Assembly: GCA_049472335.1 (NCBI GenBank)
Contig: JBLIRO010000048.1
Location: 1-37,663 of the forward strand
Source of the DNA: a bacterium
GTDB lineage: Bacteria; SZUA-182; DTGQ01; JAFGSM01
DNA length: 37,663 nucleotides
Direction: 5' to 3'
Shown here: in pieces, positions 1 through 8,875 of the stretch
Numbering within the stretch: the first letter of the stretch is position 1
Layout of the letters: every line of letters begins with the position of its first letter
Translations under genes and position numbers: made by a program
The notes under the pieces: generated by a model
Told to the model about the DNA's origin: nothing
Databases searched by the model: none
Seen by the model: only the letters and a program-made list of their open reading frames with translations

Positions 1-125
1 ATCACTCGCTTAAGAAACCGCTCGAGCGCTCTTTTTTTCTTCAGCTTCTCTTTAGCCAATTTTACCTACTTTTCTTACTTAACCAAGGCAGAAGACCTTA
101 TTGCCGCGATTATGATTTTCAGTTC

Positions 126-728
126 AATATTATTCTGGCTGAAAAAAAGGGAAGCATTTTATGCCAGATCTCCGAAGGAAGGATGAGTGAGTTCTGGGTC
201 CATTATAGCGGCGAAGTACTGAATTACGACATAGCCCCGATAACTGTGGCAGCCATTAAGGGACTCCTCAGCCCCATATTGCATGAAGAGATCAACGATG
301 TAAACGCTATGGTCACTGCCAAGGCCAGAGGGATCAAGATAGAAGAAACCAAAGAGAGTGTAATGGGCGCCTTTTCAAGTCTAATTTCAATCAAGCTCAA
401 GACAGATAAAGGGGAAAACTCCATAGAAGGGACCCTCTTTAATCGGACTGATCCGAGGATTGTGCAATTGAACGGATTTGACGTGGAAATAGTGCCCTCC
501 GAAAACATGCTGATCTTCTCCAACATAGACAAACCGGGATTGATAGGAAACATTGGAACTACTTTGGGTCAGCATGATATTAACATTGCCGGGATGCAGT
601 TTGGAAGGCAAAAACCGGGCGGCAACGCTGTTTCCATTTTACGTGTGGACAGTCCGGTTAGCGAGGAACTTTTAGACAAACTGAAAAAGCTCCCAAATGT
701 GGTCAGCGTAAAGTCAGTGATCCTTTAA
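126..728 (+). CDS. serA: D-3-phosphoglycerate dehydrogenase, C-terminal part only (ASB + ACT domains)
   Basis: ILAEKKGSILCQ...VNAMVTAKARGIKIEE...EGTLF...PRIVQLNGFDVE and the ACT motif NIDKPGLIGNIGTTLGQHDINIAGMQFGR. The frame is open back to position 3, but SerA-like sequence starts only near 126. First ATG is at 183. Confidence 0.85.
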   Translation, partial: NIILAEKKGSILCQISEGRMSEFWVHYSGEVLNYDIAPITVAAIKGLLSPILHEEINDVNAMVTAKARGIKIEETKESVMGAFSSLISIKLKTDKGENSIEGTLFNRTDPRIVQLNGFDVEIVPSENMLIFSNIDKPGLIGNIGTTLGQHDINIAGMQFGRQKPGGNAVSILRVDSPVSEELLDKLKKLPNVVSVKSVIL

Positions 729-2624
729 AGGAACGAGTTCGGATATCTCCTTTTTCTTTTGAGCCGTTCCTTTAAGAAAAACCATCAGTATGGAAAGCCC
801 TGCCGGGGTCATACCCGGCAAACGCGAAGCCTGCGCCAGGGTAACGGGACGGGTTTGTTTAAGCTTTCCCCTTATTTCGTGAGAAAGACCCGGGACTTCG
901 TCATAATCCATCTCTAGAGGAAGCTTTATCTTATCCATCTCCTTAAAATGTTTGATATCCTGGAGCTGCCTCTTGATATAGCCATCATACTTCACCCGGA
1001 TCTCCACCTGCCTTGCGATTCTGGGATTTGATAAGGGCCATTGGGGATCTAGCTTTTCCATGGCCGATGCATTCAATTCAGGTCTTTTGAGAATGCCGGC
1101 AAGGTTTGTCGCTTCCTGAATGGCTGTGGTGCCGAATTCATCAAGCACTTTATTGACCTTGGCAGAAGGTTTTATATATGTTTTTTCAAGCCGCTGAAAA
1201 TGTTCCTGGATCCGTAGTGCCTCTTCTTTTAGCGATTCATATTTCTCTTTGCCCATGAGGCCCAATTCCCTGGCTTTATCCATTAACCGGTACTCCGCAT
1301 TGTCCTCCCTTAATAAAAGCCTGTATTCCGCCCTGGAAGTAAACATCCGATACGGTTCATCCGTACCCCTGGTAATGAGGTCGTCCACCATAACGCCCAT
1401 ATAAGCATCAGAGCGGTCCAACACAAAATCAGGTCTATTCTGAACCTTCAATGCAGCGTTGATTCCCGCCCACAGCCCTTGTGCGGCAGCCTCCTCATAA
1501 CCTGAAGTACCATTTATCTGCCCTGCGAAAAAAAGCCCTGAAACCAGCCTGGATTCCAGAGTAGGCAAAAGCTGCGTCGGAAGACAATAATTATATTCAA
1601 TTGCATATGCGGGCCTCATTATCTCGGCCTTCTCCAGCCCTTTTACGGACCTGACGATCGCCCACTGAATATCCGGGGGAAGGCTATTCCCCAGGCCGCT
1701 TGCGTATACTTCCTCTGTTTCTAGACCTTCCGGCTGCAAAATAACCTGGTGCGATTCACGCTCAGGGAACTTCATTACCTTATCCTCCAGGGAAGGACAG
1801 TATCGCGCGGGTGTTCCCTTAATAGCCCCGCTATAAAGCGGAGAAAGGTGAATATTATCCCTTATCAGCTTATGGGTTTGGGGATTTGTCGTCGTGATGG
1901 CACAAAAAAGCTGAGGAAGCCTTATCCTGCTGGTTGTGGATGAAAAAAACCTCGGCTCTTCGTCCCCGTCCTGTCTTATAAGGGATTCAAAATCAACAGT
2001 TGATCTTTTCAATCGGGCCGGGGTCCCGGTCTTTAGTCGTCCCATTCGGAATCCGAGATTTACGAGATCATCCGCCAGGGCCTCGGAAGAAAACTCCCAT
2101 GCCCTTCCGGCATGGAATCTTCTGTCTCCGACATGGATAAGACCGTGCAAAAAGGTGCCGGTAGCAATCACAACCGAACCCGATCGATAATGGATTCCCA
2201 AATGATCCTCCAAACCTTTTATACTGCCCTCTTCTACTACCAGTTTTTCAACCATTGCCTGTCTGATATCCAGATTTGGCTGTTTCTCCAAACCTGTTTT
2301 AACAAACGAATGATAAAGCTGTTTGTCGTTCTGGGTCCTGGTGCCCTGTACAGCAGGCCCTTTGCTTGTATTGAGGACACGGAACTGTAGCGCGGTATTA
2401 TCCGCCGCCATCCCCATAACTCCTCCCAATACATCTATCTCCTTTACCAGATGTCCCTTGCCCAGGCCGCCAATAGACGGACTGCATGGCATAGCTGCGA
2501 TGGTATCCAGGTCAATGGTCAAGAGAAGGGTCTTACAGCCAAGCCTTGCAGATACCAATGCAGCCTCCACCCCGGCATGTCCGCCGCCAATAACGATTAC
2601 ATCATAGTTAAACATAAGTTTCAT
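714..2624 (-). CDS. mnmG: tRNA uridine-5-carboxymethylaminomethyl(34) synthesis enzyme MnmG (GidA)
   Basis: YDVIVIGGGHAGVEAA FAD motif, MPCSPSIGGLGKGHLVKEID, RLKTGTPARL, RYCPSLEDK, FAGQINGTSGYEEAAAQG, EPYRMFTSRAEYRLLLREDNA. Start is ATG 2624 or 2615. The 3' end overlaps serA by 15 nt (convergent). Confidence 0.97.
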   Translation of the reverse strand: MKLMFNYDVIVIGGGHAGVEAALVSARLGCKTLLLTIDLDTIAAMPCSPSIGGLGKGHLVKEIDVLGGVMGMAADNTALQFRVLNTSKGPAVQGTRTQNDKQLYHSFVKTGLEKQPNLDIRQAMVEKLVVEEGSIKGLEDHLGIHYRSGSVVIATGTFLHGLIHVGDRRFHAGRAWEFSSEALADDLVNLGFRMGRLKTGTPARLKRSTVDFESLIRQDGDEEPRFFSSTTSRIRLPQLFCAITTTNPQTHKLIRDNIHLSPLYSGAIKGTPARYCPSLEDKVMKFPERESHQVILQPEGLETEEVYASGLGNSLPPDIQWAIVRSVKGLEKAEIMRPAYAIEYNYCLPTQLLPTLESRLVSGLFFAGQINGTSGYEEAAAQGLWAGINAALKVQNRPDFVLDRSDAYMGVMVDDLITRGTDEPYRMFTSRAEYRLLLREDNAEYRLMDKARELGLMGKEKYESLKEEALRIQEHFQRLEKTYIKPSAKVNKVLDEFGTTAIQEATNLAGILKRPELNASAMEKLDPQWPLSNPRIARQVEIRVKYDGYIKRQLQDIKHFKEMDKIKLPLEMDYDEVPGLSHEIRGKLKQTRPVTLAQASRLPGMTPAGLSILMVFLKGTAQKKKEISELVPLKDH

Positions 2625-2717
2625 ATTAACATGACAGTCAAAAATCGTCAAAATTTGGATATGATATCTTGATTATTAACACTTGAAACTTCAGCAATTA
2701 CATTTAATAATATTTCT

Positions 2718-3665
2718 ATGAATAACATAAGAAATCCCTTTGATGGACATACAAAAAGATATAACGATTTCAACTCATTCTTAACAAAGGCTTTTGGTGT
2801 CAGGGTCCATAAAATCTCCATTGATGCAGGACTGGATTGCCCGAACAGGGATGGAACCATTTCCTCGAATGGATGCATATTCTGCAACAAAAGGGGTTCG
2901 GGAACGGGTGCGTGGGAAAAGGGTATATCCATAAGGGAACAAGTTCTACGTGCTAAGTCATACTTAAGACAACGTTTCAAGGCAAAAAAATTTCTTGCTT
3001 ATTTTCAGTCATTTTCGAACACTTATGCACCTAAGGAAAAGCTTGAGCTTATATATAAAGAGGCCCTGGATAATGAAGATATGGTTGGCCTCTGTATAGG
3101 TACAAGGCCGGATTGCGTGCCTGATGATATCCTGGATATGATTGCATGCTTCATAGAGGATTATATGGTCTGGATGGAATACGGCTTACAATCCATCCAT
3201 GATCGAAGCCTTCTGGCAATCAACAGAGGCCATTCTGTAGGACAATTTCTGGATGCGGTCGATCGAACAAGAAAAAAAGGAATAAATGTGTGTGCCCACA
3301 TTATTCTCGGACTGCCCGGTGAAACTAAAGAGGATATGATTCAAACGGCAGATCGGATATCTAAGCTCGATATCCAGGGTGTAAAAATCCATTTGCTTTA
3401 TGTGATTAAAAACACCCCTCTCGCAAATCTTTATTCAAGGGGTGAATATAAATGCCTGACTCAAGAGGAATATCTGGAAATACTTCTATCTTTTCTTGAA
3501 CATTTACGACAAGATATTGTCATTCAGAGATTGACCAGTGACCCTCACCCGGAAGACCTCCTGGCCCCTGAATGGTGTCTTAAAAAAAATGAGGTCCTGA
3601 CACTCTTGCAAGAAAAAATGGAAAAAGAAAACATATGGCAGGGAAAGGGCCAAACCATAATTTGA
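2718..3665 (+). CDS. TIGR01212 family radical SAM protein (YhcC/YtqA-like)
   Basis: KISIDAGLDCPNRDGT...GCIFC atypical cysteine motif, AYFQSFSNTYA, IGTRPDC, EYGLQS, AHIILGLPGE, GVKIHLL. Confidence 0.93.
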   Translation: MNNIRNPFDGHTKRYNDFNSFLTKAFGVRVHKISIDAGLDCPNRDGTISSNGCIFCNKRGSGTGAWEKGISIREQVLRAKSYLRQRFKAKKFLAYFQSFSNTYAPKEKLELIYKEALDNEDMVGLCIGTRPDCVPDDILDMIACFIEDYMVWMEYGLQSIHDRSLLAINRGHSVGQFLDAVDRTRKKGINVCAHIILGLPGETKEDMIQTADRISKLDIQGVKIHLLYVIKNTPLANLYSRGEYKCLTQEEYLEILLSFLEHLRQDIVIQRLTSDPHPEDLLAPEWCLKKNEVLTLLQEKMEKENIWQGKGQTII

Positions 3666-3690
3666 CAATCCGCAACAAAATATGGATAAT
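3662..3690 (+). promoter_or_regulatory. sigma70-type promoter TTGACA-N17-GATAAT
   Basis: TTGACA 3662-3667, 17-nt spacer, GATAAT 3685-3690. It lies upstream of ORF 3768, which has an SD. Confidence 0.55.
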
Positions 3691-3767
3691 TGTTTAACCT
3701 TTCAAACGATTTTTCCTAAGACTATAACTGTGAAAAATTCATTATAAAATCTTTAGGGAGGATTTAA

Positions 3768-3989
3768 ATGTCTTTGTTAGAAGATGCATCATTATTATCT
3801 TTCTATTTCATCTCTCAATCATCTCAGAAAATTCCATCTCAGGAAAGGATGGAGGATCAACAAACAATCATGTCCCATTCCAAAAAACAAATCAGGACTA
3901 CTTTAGGAAGCGAATTAATCTCAGACAATACTGATTTTAACCTAAAAGGAGAAGATAACCCCAAAGGCTCAAAAAAATATCTCTATTAG
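3768..3989 (+). CDS. small hypothetical protein (73 aa)
   Basis: Strong SD (GGGAGG) just before the ATG and an upstream sigma70-like promoter. No recognisable domain. Confidence 0.4.
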   Translation: MSLLEDASLLSFYFISQSSQKIPSQERMEDQQTIMSHSKKQIRTTLGSELISDNTDFNLKGEDNPKGSKKYLY

Positions 3990-4016
3990 AAATTAAGGGA
4001 TGTAAACCTCCATATT

Positions 4017-7000
4017 TCAAAACCGGGCTGCAGTATCAATAAAGCAAGTCTTCCCTTCTCCATCATCCTGATCGCTATCGGAATCAATTAACGATGGGAA
4101 ATAAGTTACACCTGTCTTTATATGGAAATCCACCCTGGTTACATCCCCGCCGTATACAGTGATATCTCTGGCTAACTTATAGATATAATCATCAGTAATA
4201 GCAGCAACATTACAAATTCCCGCAGGAGAAACAAGCAGATATTCTCCGTTGATGCTGCGCGTCCTTACCCAATCGTTAAAAACCACTGCATTATCAACTG
4301 GATTGGAATTGGGGTCTCTTATTTGACCGGTTATGATACCCGTACCGGTGCATTGCCACAATCCTCCCTCTGTACCTGCATAAAGGGAAGAAGCTGCAAT
4401 TGCAAAAACGAAATAATCAGGCTTCCCCAAATACTGCCAATTTTCACCCTTATTTAACGAGATATAAGCTCCTGTACCAGAAGTTCCGGCATAGATAATG
4501 TTCTTATTCTGGGGATGAAATTCAAGGTCTACCACAGAATTCCTTGCACTCCACCAGAGATCCATCATATCCCAGGCACTTCCGTCATAATGTAAAATGC
4601 CCCCTTTATTCCCTATGGCAAATATATCCGACCCGGAAAATCCTAAGATATTCTGAAAGTCTTCCCCAGGAATTCCTATAACCATTTTAGTCCATGAATT
4701 ACCGTCATAATGTAAGGTCGTATTCTCATTTCCTGCAACAAAGATATCCGTTGGGGAACTACCCCATATCTTTGAAAGGGAAATCATTGTGTTGCTATCC
4801 ATGGCGGACCAGTCACCGTTATAGTGAAGGATGGCACCATTAGAGCCTACGGCAAAGACATCGGTTGAAGAAGTACCCCAAACGCCATTAAGATCTTCTG
4901 TGGTATTACTTTCCATGGATGACCAGGCACCGTTATAGTGAAGAATGGTACCGCTAGAGCCCACTGCAAAAACATCGGTCGGGGAAGTGCCCCATACATC
5001 CATAAGATCTTCTGTGGTATTGCTGTCCATAGATAACCAGATGCCATTATAGTGCAGGATAGTACCATTAGAGCCTACGGCAAAGACATTGGTCGGGGAA
5101 GTGCCCCATACACCATTAAAATCTTCTATCTTCCAGTTATCGATTACAGACCACACACCGTCATAATGGAGAATAACGCCCTCTTTGCCTACGGCGAACA
5201 TATCATTTGGTGAAGCACCCCAGATATCTTTAAGTGTCTTCCTTGTATTACTTATCATCAGAGACAATGTACCATTATAATGTATTATATCGCCATACTC
5301 CCCTACAATAAAAAAATTGTTTGGAGCTTCTCCCCAAATACCGTATAATGGCACCAACAATTCTCTCATTCCATTAAAAGACGGCAAAAAGGTTTTGCCC
5401 CCATCCACACTTTTATACAACGGGATGAATGCAGCGTTACTGGCTCCACATCCGGCATATATAATATGGGGATCATCAGGATCAATAAGAAGGCTATTGA
5501 CGACCTCCCCCTGAAGTCCTGCCCGAATCCAGTTCACGCCTCCATCGGAACTCTCCCATAGATCTCCATAAACCAACGGAGCAGTGAAGTTGCCACCTCC
5601 TGCAAAGATATGGTTTGGGTCAGATGGATCAACTGCCACTGTATTAAAAGAATATTTCTCTACTTTCTTGTTTTCCCCTTCAAGTATTATCCTCTCCCCT
5701 TCAAGTATCCTCGTAAAGGTATCTCCGCCATCTATGCTTTTATAAATCTCTCCATATGTATTATCATATGCATGAATGGATATAAAAATGACGGTATTTT
5801 GGAGGTCCACACTGATTGGACTAATTGCAATGTCCGAGACATAATTACTTAAATTCGTTGCATCCAGCTTATTACTAAGGGTCCAATTGACCCCGCCATC
5901 CGTCGTTTTTGCGACCTGTGACCTTATGCCGGCATAATATGTCTTAGGAATCGTTGGATGAAATGCGACAGAAAAAACTGTTGTATATTCAAATTCTGAA
6001 ATTAGCGTCCAGTCCTTATCTTCCTTTTTTTCGAATAACCCGGCGCTCGTTGCTGCCAGAATATGACCTTTACTATTAGGATCAATGTCTATATCATAAA
6101 CCCTTACGGCATTAATTCCATTATTGACAGGTGTCCAGGTCTGACCATGGTCTGAGCTTTTGTATACCCCAAGATCAAAATCTCCTCCAAAGATCAAGTC
6201 ATTGTTAGCAGGATGAACCTCAAGGGTCTTAAATTGATAGTCTACGGGATAGATCTCCCAATCCACTCCTCCGTTAAGACTTCTGGCAACCATGGGTATA
6301 TTGCCCTCAAAACGGTTTCGCCATGCCGCATAAAGCACTTCCGGATTTTGCGGGGCAAAGGCCAACGCCCTAACGTTCTTTGAGGCAGGAGCAACTGGAT
6401 CCGATTGCCATTCGTTTGAATTCTGGTCACAATAGACCCTGAAGATACCCTCGTAGCTTCCTATAAAGATCTCATTGGGATTATTTGGTTTAATTTCAAT
6501 ATCATAACAAGTATTAAGCGTATCAACTAAAATCATTATCCAAGTCCAATTATTTCCTCTATCCTCACTCCTATAAAGAGAATACTTGGTTACGGCCCAG
6601 ATGATATTAGGGTCATCAGGATTAATAGCCAGATCAGCCACAGTAAATACGGTATTATTATTAGGATCGGGAGGAAGCGTGGATTTGGTCCAGGCACTCC
6701 CCCCATCCTCAGTTTTATAGATTGCACCAGGTGAATTTGACCCGTAGGGTCCCCCTGTTCCTACAAGAACGATGTCGGGATCTGAGGGATGAATAGCAAG
6801 AGATTTACAATATCGATAATAATCAAAGTTGCTCCCGCAATTGGGACAATCCAGTTGCATAGTCTCATTTTTTATATGTGTCCACGTCTTTCCGCCATCT
6901 ATGCTTTTTTTAATCCATAAATCATGTGCTACCCAGATCACATTATTATTGGGTGGGGATGCTATTTTTACCGCATCCACTGTTGTATTTCTAAATATCT

Positions 7001-7277
7001 CCTCAGTATCGATTCCAGCGCCTTCATGGCCTGTTAATACCTCCTGCCAATGATTTCCGCCATCTTCCGTCATAAAGAGGCCACCACCCAGATAGGATGC
7101 AACAAACATCTTGGACGGATTGCAAGGATCAATGGCGATGTCATTTATTTGCCCGGCATTGATGTTAAGCTTTGTCCATGGATTAATACCCTGTGCTACC
7201 GACAATGGCACAAAAAAATAAAAACCCAAAAAAAGCAGAGAAAGAAATATTGTAGACTTAAAAATTATCTTAGACAT
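4017..7277 (-). CDS. secreted multi-beta-propeller protein: BNR/Asp-box repeats, a 7-repeat WG-type propeller, a carboxypeptidase-regulatory-like domain and a C-terminal CFI-box motif
   Basis: Signal peptide; many S/T-x-D-G-G-x-x-W Asp-boxes; seven WGxSxxDxFAVGxxGxILHY(D/N)G repeats; GIITGQIRDPNSNPVDNAVV; ends DSDSDQDDGEGKTCFIDTAARF. SD AGGAGG upstream. Confidence 0.85.
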   Translation of the reverse strand: MSKIIFKSTIFLSLLFLGFYFFVPLSVAQGINPWTKLNINAGQINDIAIDPCNPSKMFVASYLGGGLFMTEDGGNHWQEVLTGHEGAGIDTEEIFRNTTVDAVKIASPPNNNVIWVAHDLWIKKSIDGGKTWTHIKNETMQLDCPNCGSNFDYYRYCKSLAIHPSDPDIVLVGTGGPYGSNSPGAIYKTEDGGSAWTKSTLPPDPNNNTVFTVADLAINPDDPNIIWAVTKYSLYRSEDRGNNWTWIMILVDTLNTCYDIEIKPNNPNEIFIGSYEGIFRVYCDQNSNEWQSDPVAPASKNVRALAFAPQNPEVLYAAWRNRFEGNIPMVARSLNGGVDWEIYPVDYQFKTLEVHPANNDLIFGGDFDLGVYKSSDHGQTWTPVNNGINAVRVYDIDIDPNSKGHILAATSAGLFEKKEDKDWTLISEFEYTTVFSVAFHPTIPKTYYAGIRSQVAKTTDGGVNWTLSNKLDATNLSNYVSDIAISPISVDLQNTVIFISIHAYDNTYGEIYKSIDGGDTFTRILEGERIILEGENKKVEKYSFNTVAVDPSDPNHIFAGGGNFTAPLVYGDLWESSDGGVNWIRAGLQGEVVNSLLIDPDDPHIIYAGCGASNAAFIPLYKSVDGGKTFLPSFNGMRELLVPLYGIWGEAPNNFFIVGEYGDIIHYNGTLSLMISNTRKTLKDIWGASPNDMFAVGKEGVILHYDGVWSVIDNWKIEDFNGVWGTSPTNVFAVGSNGTILHYNGIWLSMDSNTTEDLMDVWGTSPTDVFAVGSSGTILHYNGAWSSMESNTTEDLNGVWGTSSTDVFAVGSNGAILHYNGDWSAMDSNTMISLSKIWGSSPTDIFVAGNENTTLHYDGNSWTKMVIGIPGEDFQNILGFSGSDIFAIGNKGGILHYDGSAWDMMDLWWSARNSVVDLEFHPQNKNIIYAGTSGTGAYISLNKGENWQYLGKPDYFVFAIAASSLYAGTEGGLWQCTGTGIITGQIRDPNSNPVDNAVVFNDWVRTRSINGEYLLVSPAGICNVAAITDDYIYKLARDITVYGGDVTRVDFHIKTGVTYFPSLIDSDSDQDDGEGKTCFIDTAARF
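4572..5348 (-). repeat. seven tandem ~114-bp (38-aa) coding repeats
   Basis: Near-identical DNA units recur at a 114-nt period (for example from 4819 and 4933). The protein unit is LxxVWGTSPTDVFAVGSNGTILHYNGxWxxMxSNTTED. Confidence 0.9.
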
Positions 7278-7872
7278 TTTATCCCTCCTTCTCCCATAAT
7301 CTTTTTCTGGGATTTAGTAATTCTAAAGTATTAGCTTTTATTATAGACTTTAAATGTAAAATGCGGTATACTAAATAATAAAGAATAATATTATCCAGTT
7401 CTATCTATAATTCATGCTGTTTATTCATTAATCTAGTATTTTTTCGGAATAGATATATTTTAATCTGAAGCCTAGTAAACCAGTAAAGAAATATTGAATT
7501 AGCGAATGCTGATCCGGAGCATAATTCGATATTAACCGCATCCAGTTATATTTACCAATTATATTTATAAATAATTCTTTAACCAGAGCAAAAACATAAA
7601 CTTTTATCAGTTATTTACCTGTCTATAACAGACCGGCGTAATCACAGAAAAGGCTCTTTATGGTTTATATATTATGTTTATATATTATCAAAATTTAATT
7701 AAATTTAAAAATCTTTTTCATTTCATGATTCAATTTATTTTCATTAAATTCTAAAGACAAAGATTATAAAATCCCTATTACTGAAAAGGAGGTGGTATTT
7801 TCTTGAAATTATAATGCAAAGATCGTTGACTCAATAAAAAGAACTTTAACAAATGTAAAAGGAGCATATGCA

Positions 7873-8577
7873 ATGAAAAAAAAGATTTTAGCAATATTAT
7901 TATCTTTAGCATTTATATGTGTATTCTATGCCAACTGTACGTTTGCTCAATATACATTTCCTACATCTTTAGGTACTACTTATACGACCTGTAATCCTTA
8001 CAGCCCTTACTGCCGATTTATTTCTCCAGGAACCCAAGGTTCAGTCGATCCAAACATTGCAGGATATTCCGCAAGGTCTTTCTTGTCTTCTATGAGTTTT
8101 CAATCCGGCACCGGCGGTATGTCGATGGGTATGTATGGTATGTACGGCATGTATGGATCGGGCATCGGTAGCGGTATCGCGGGCTTGTTGGGTTCAGTTA
8201 TAGGTTCATCAACTCCCAGCGGATCATACGGAATGTATGGGATGTATGGAGCAGGTATCGGTAGCGGTATACCAGGCTTGTCCGGTTCCGGCGCGGGATC
8301 AATAATTTCTGGCGGCATGATGGGCCTGTATGGCATGTACGGTATGTACGGCAAAGGAACGGGTATAGGATCAAGCCTTGTTCCTAATTTTCCTTCATAT
8401 CCATATTATAGTGGTTCGTCTAGCGGTATGATGGGGTTGTATGGCATGTATGGTATGTACGGTATGGGTTTAAGCACAGGATCAGGTTCAATTTTTAATT
8501 CTACATTATCACCTTGGCCACCTTCTTATCCTATAAATGGAAACATACTTAATACATCGGTTCCACCAGCCCTTTAA
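7873..8577 (+). CDS. secreted Gly/Ser/Met/Tyr-rich low-complexity protein with four (GMY)n blocks
   Basis: SD AAGGAG, Sec signal peptide MKKKILAILLSLAFICVFYANCTFA, and four blocks such as GMYGMYGMYG with synonymous codon variation, which indicates protein-level selection. Confidence 0.85.
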   Translation: MKKKILAILLSLAFICVFYANCTFAQYTFPTSLGTTYTTCNPYSPYCRFISPGTQGSVDPNIAGYSARSFLSSMSFQSGTGGMSMGMYGMYGMYGSGIGSGIAGLLGSVIGSSTPSGSYGMYGMYGAGIGSGIPGLSGSGAGSIISGGMMGLYGMYGMYGKGTGIGSSLVPNFPSYPYYSGSSSGMMGLYGMYGMYGMGLSTGSGSIFNSTLSPWPPSYPINGNILNTSVPPAL

Positions 8578-8875
8578 TATTGTCAAATAATTATAAAATC
8601 CATGGATCAAAGACCCTGCGAGAATTGAAAAAGAAGTGTGCATTTTAAACTACTAAAATATTACTTTTAAAAATAAGGGGGTGAAGTACAAATAAAGCTC
8701 TAAACAACAAAAACTTAATATGACTGTTAGATCAAAACTAATGTTATTAGATTCCCAACAGTCTTATTTTAGGACAAGCTCTTGGTTAGAATTGCACCGG
8801 AATCCATTAAAAATCTCTATTGTGATCTTTTAACCGGATGCAGTGCAAGGTCTGATAGGGGAGGACTGCCTCGGA

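Noticed and set aside
2648..2980. Minus-strand ORF containing PVPEP as a possible PEP-CTERM protein
   Set aside because: It lies antisense to the conserved radical SAM gene, and the motif is N-terminal without the TM/basic tail.
3663..4019. Other genes ending in TGA (radical SAM, propeller protein, also thiD and the deacetylase) as possible Sec read-through
   Set aside because: Each TGA falls at the natural family C-terminus rather than at a conserved Cys position.
7786..7814. Strong SD (AAGGAGGTG) followed by TTG-AAA-TTA-TAA mini-ORF upstream of the GMY gene
   Set aside because: It could be a leader or a relic, but three codons give no testable support.
8100..8470. Short repeated DNA (TATGG/TACGG-ATG) as a possible CRISPR array, and the antisense Pro/Tyr-rich ORF 8100-8354
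   Set aside because: The repeats are 9-nt coding units with third-position variation and no repeat-spacer structure. The antisense ORF is a shadow of the GMY protein.
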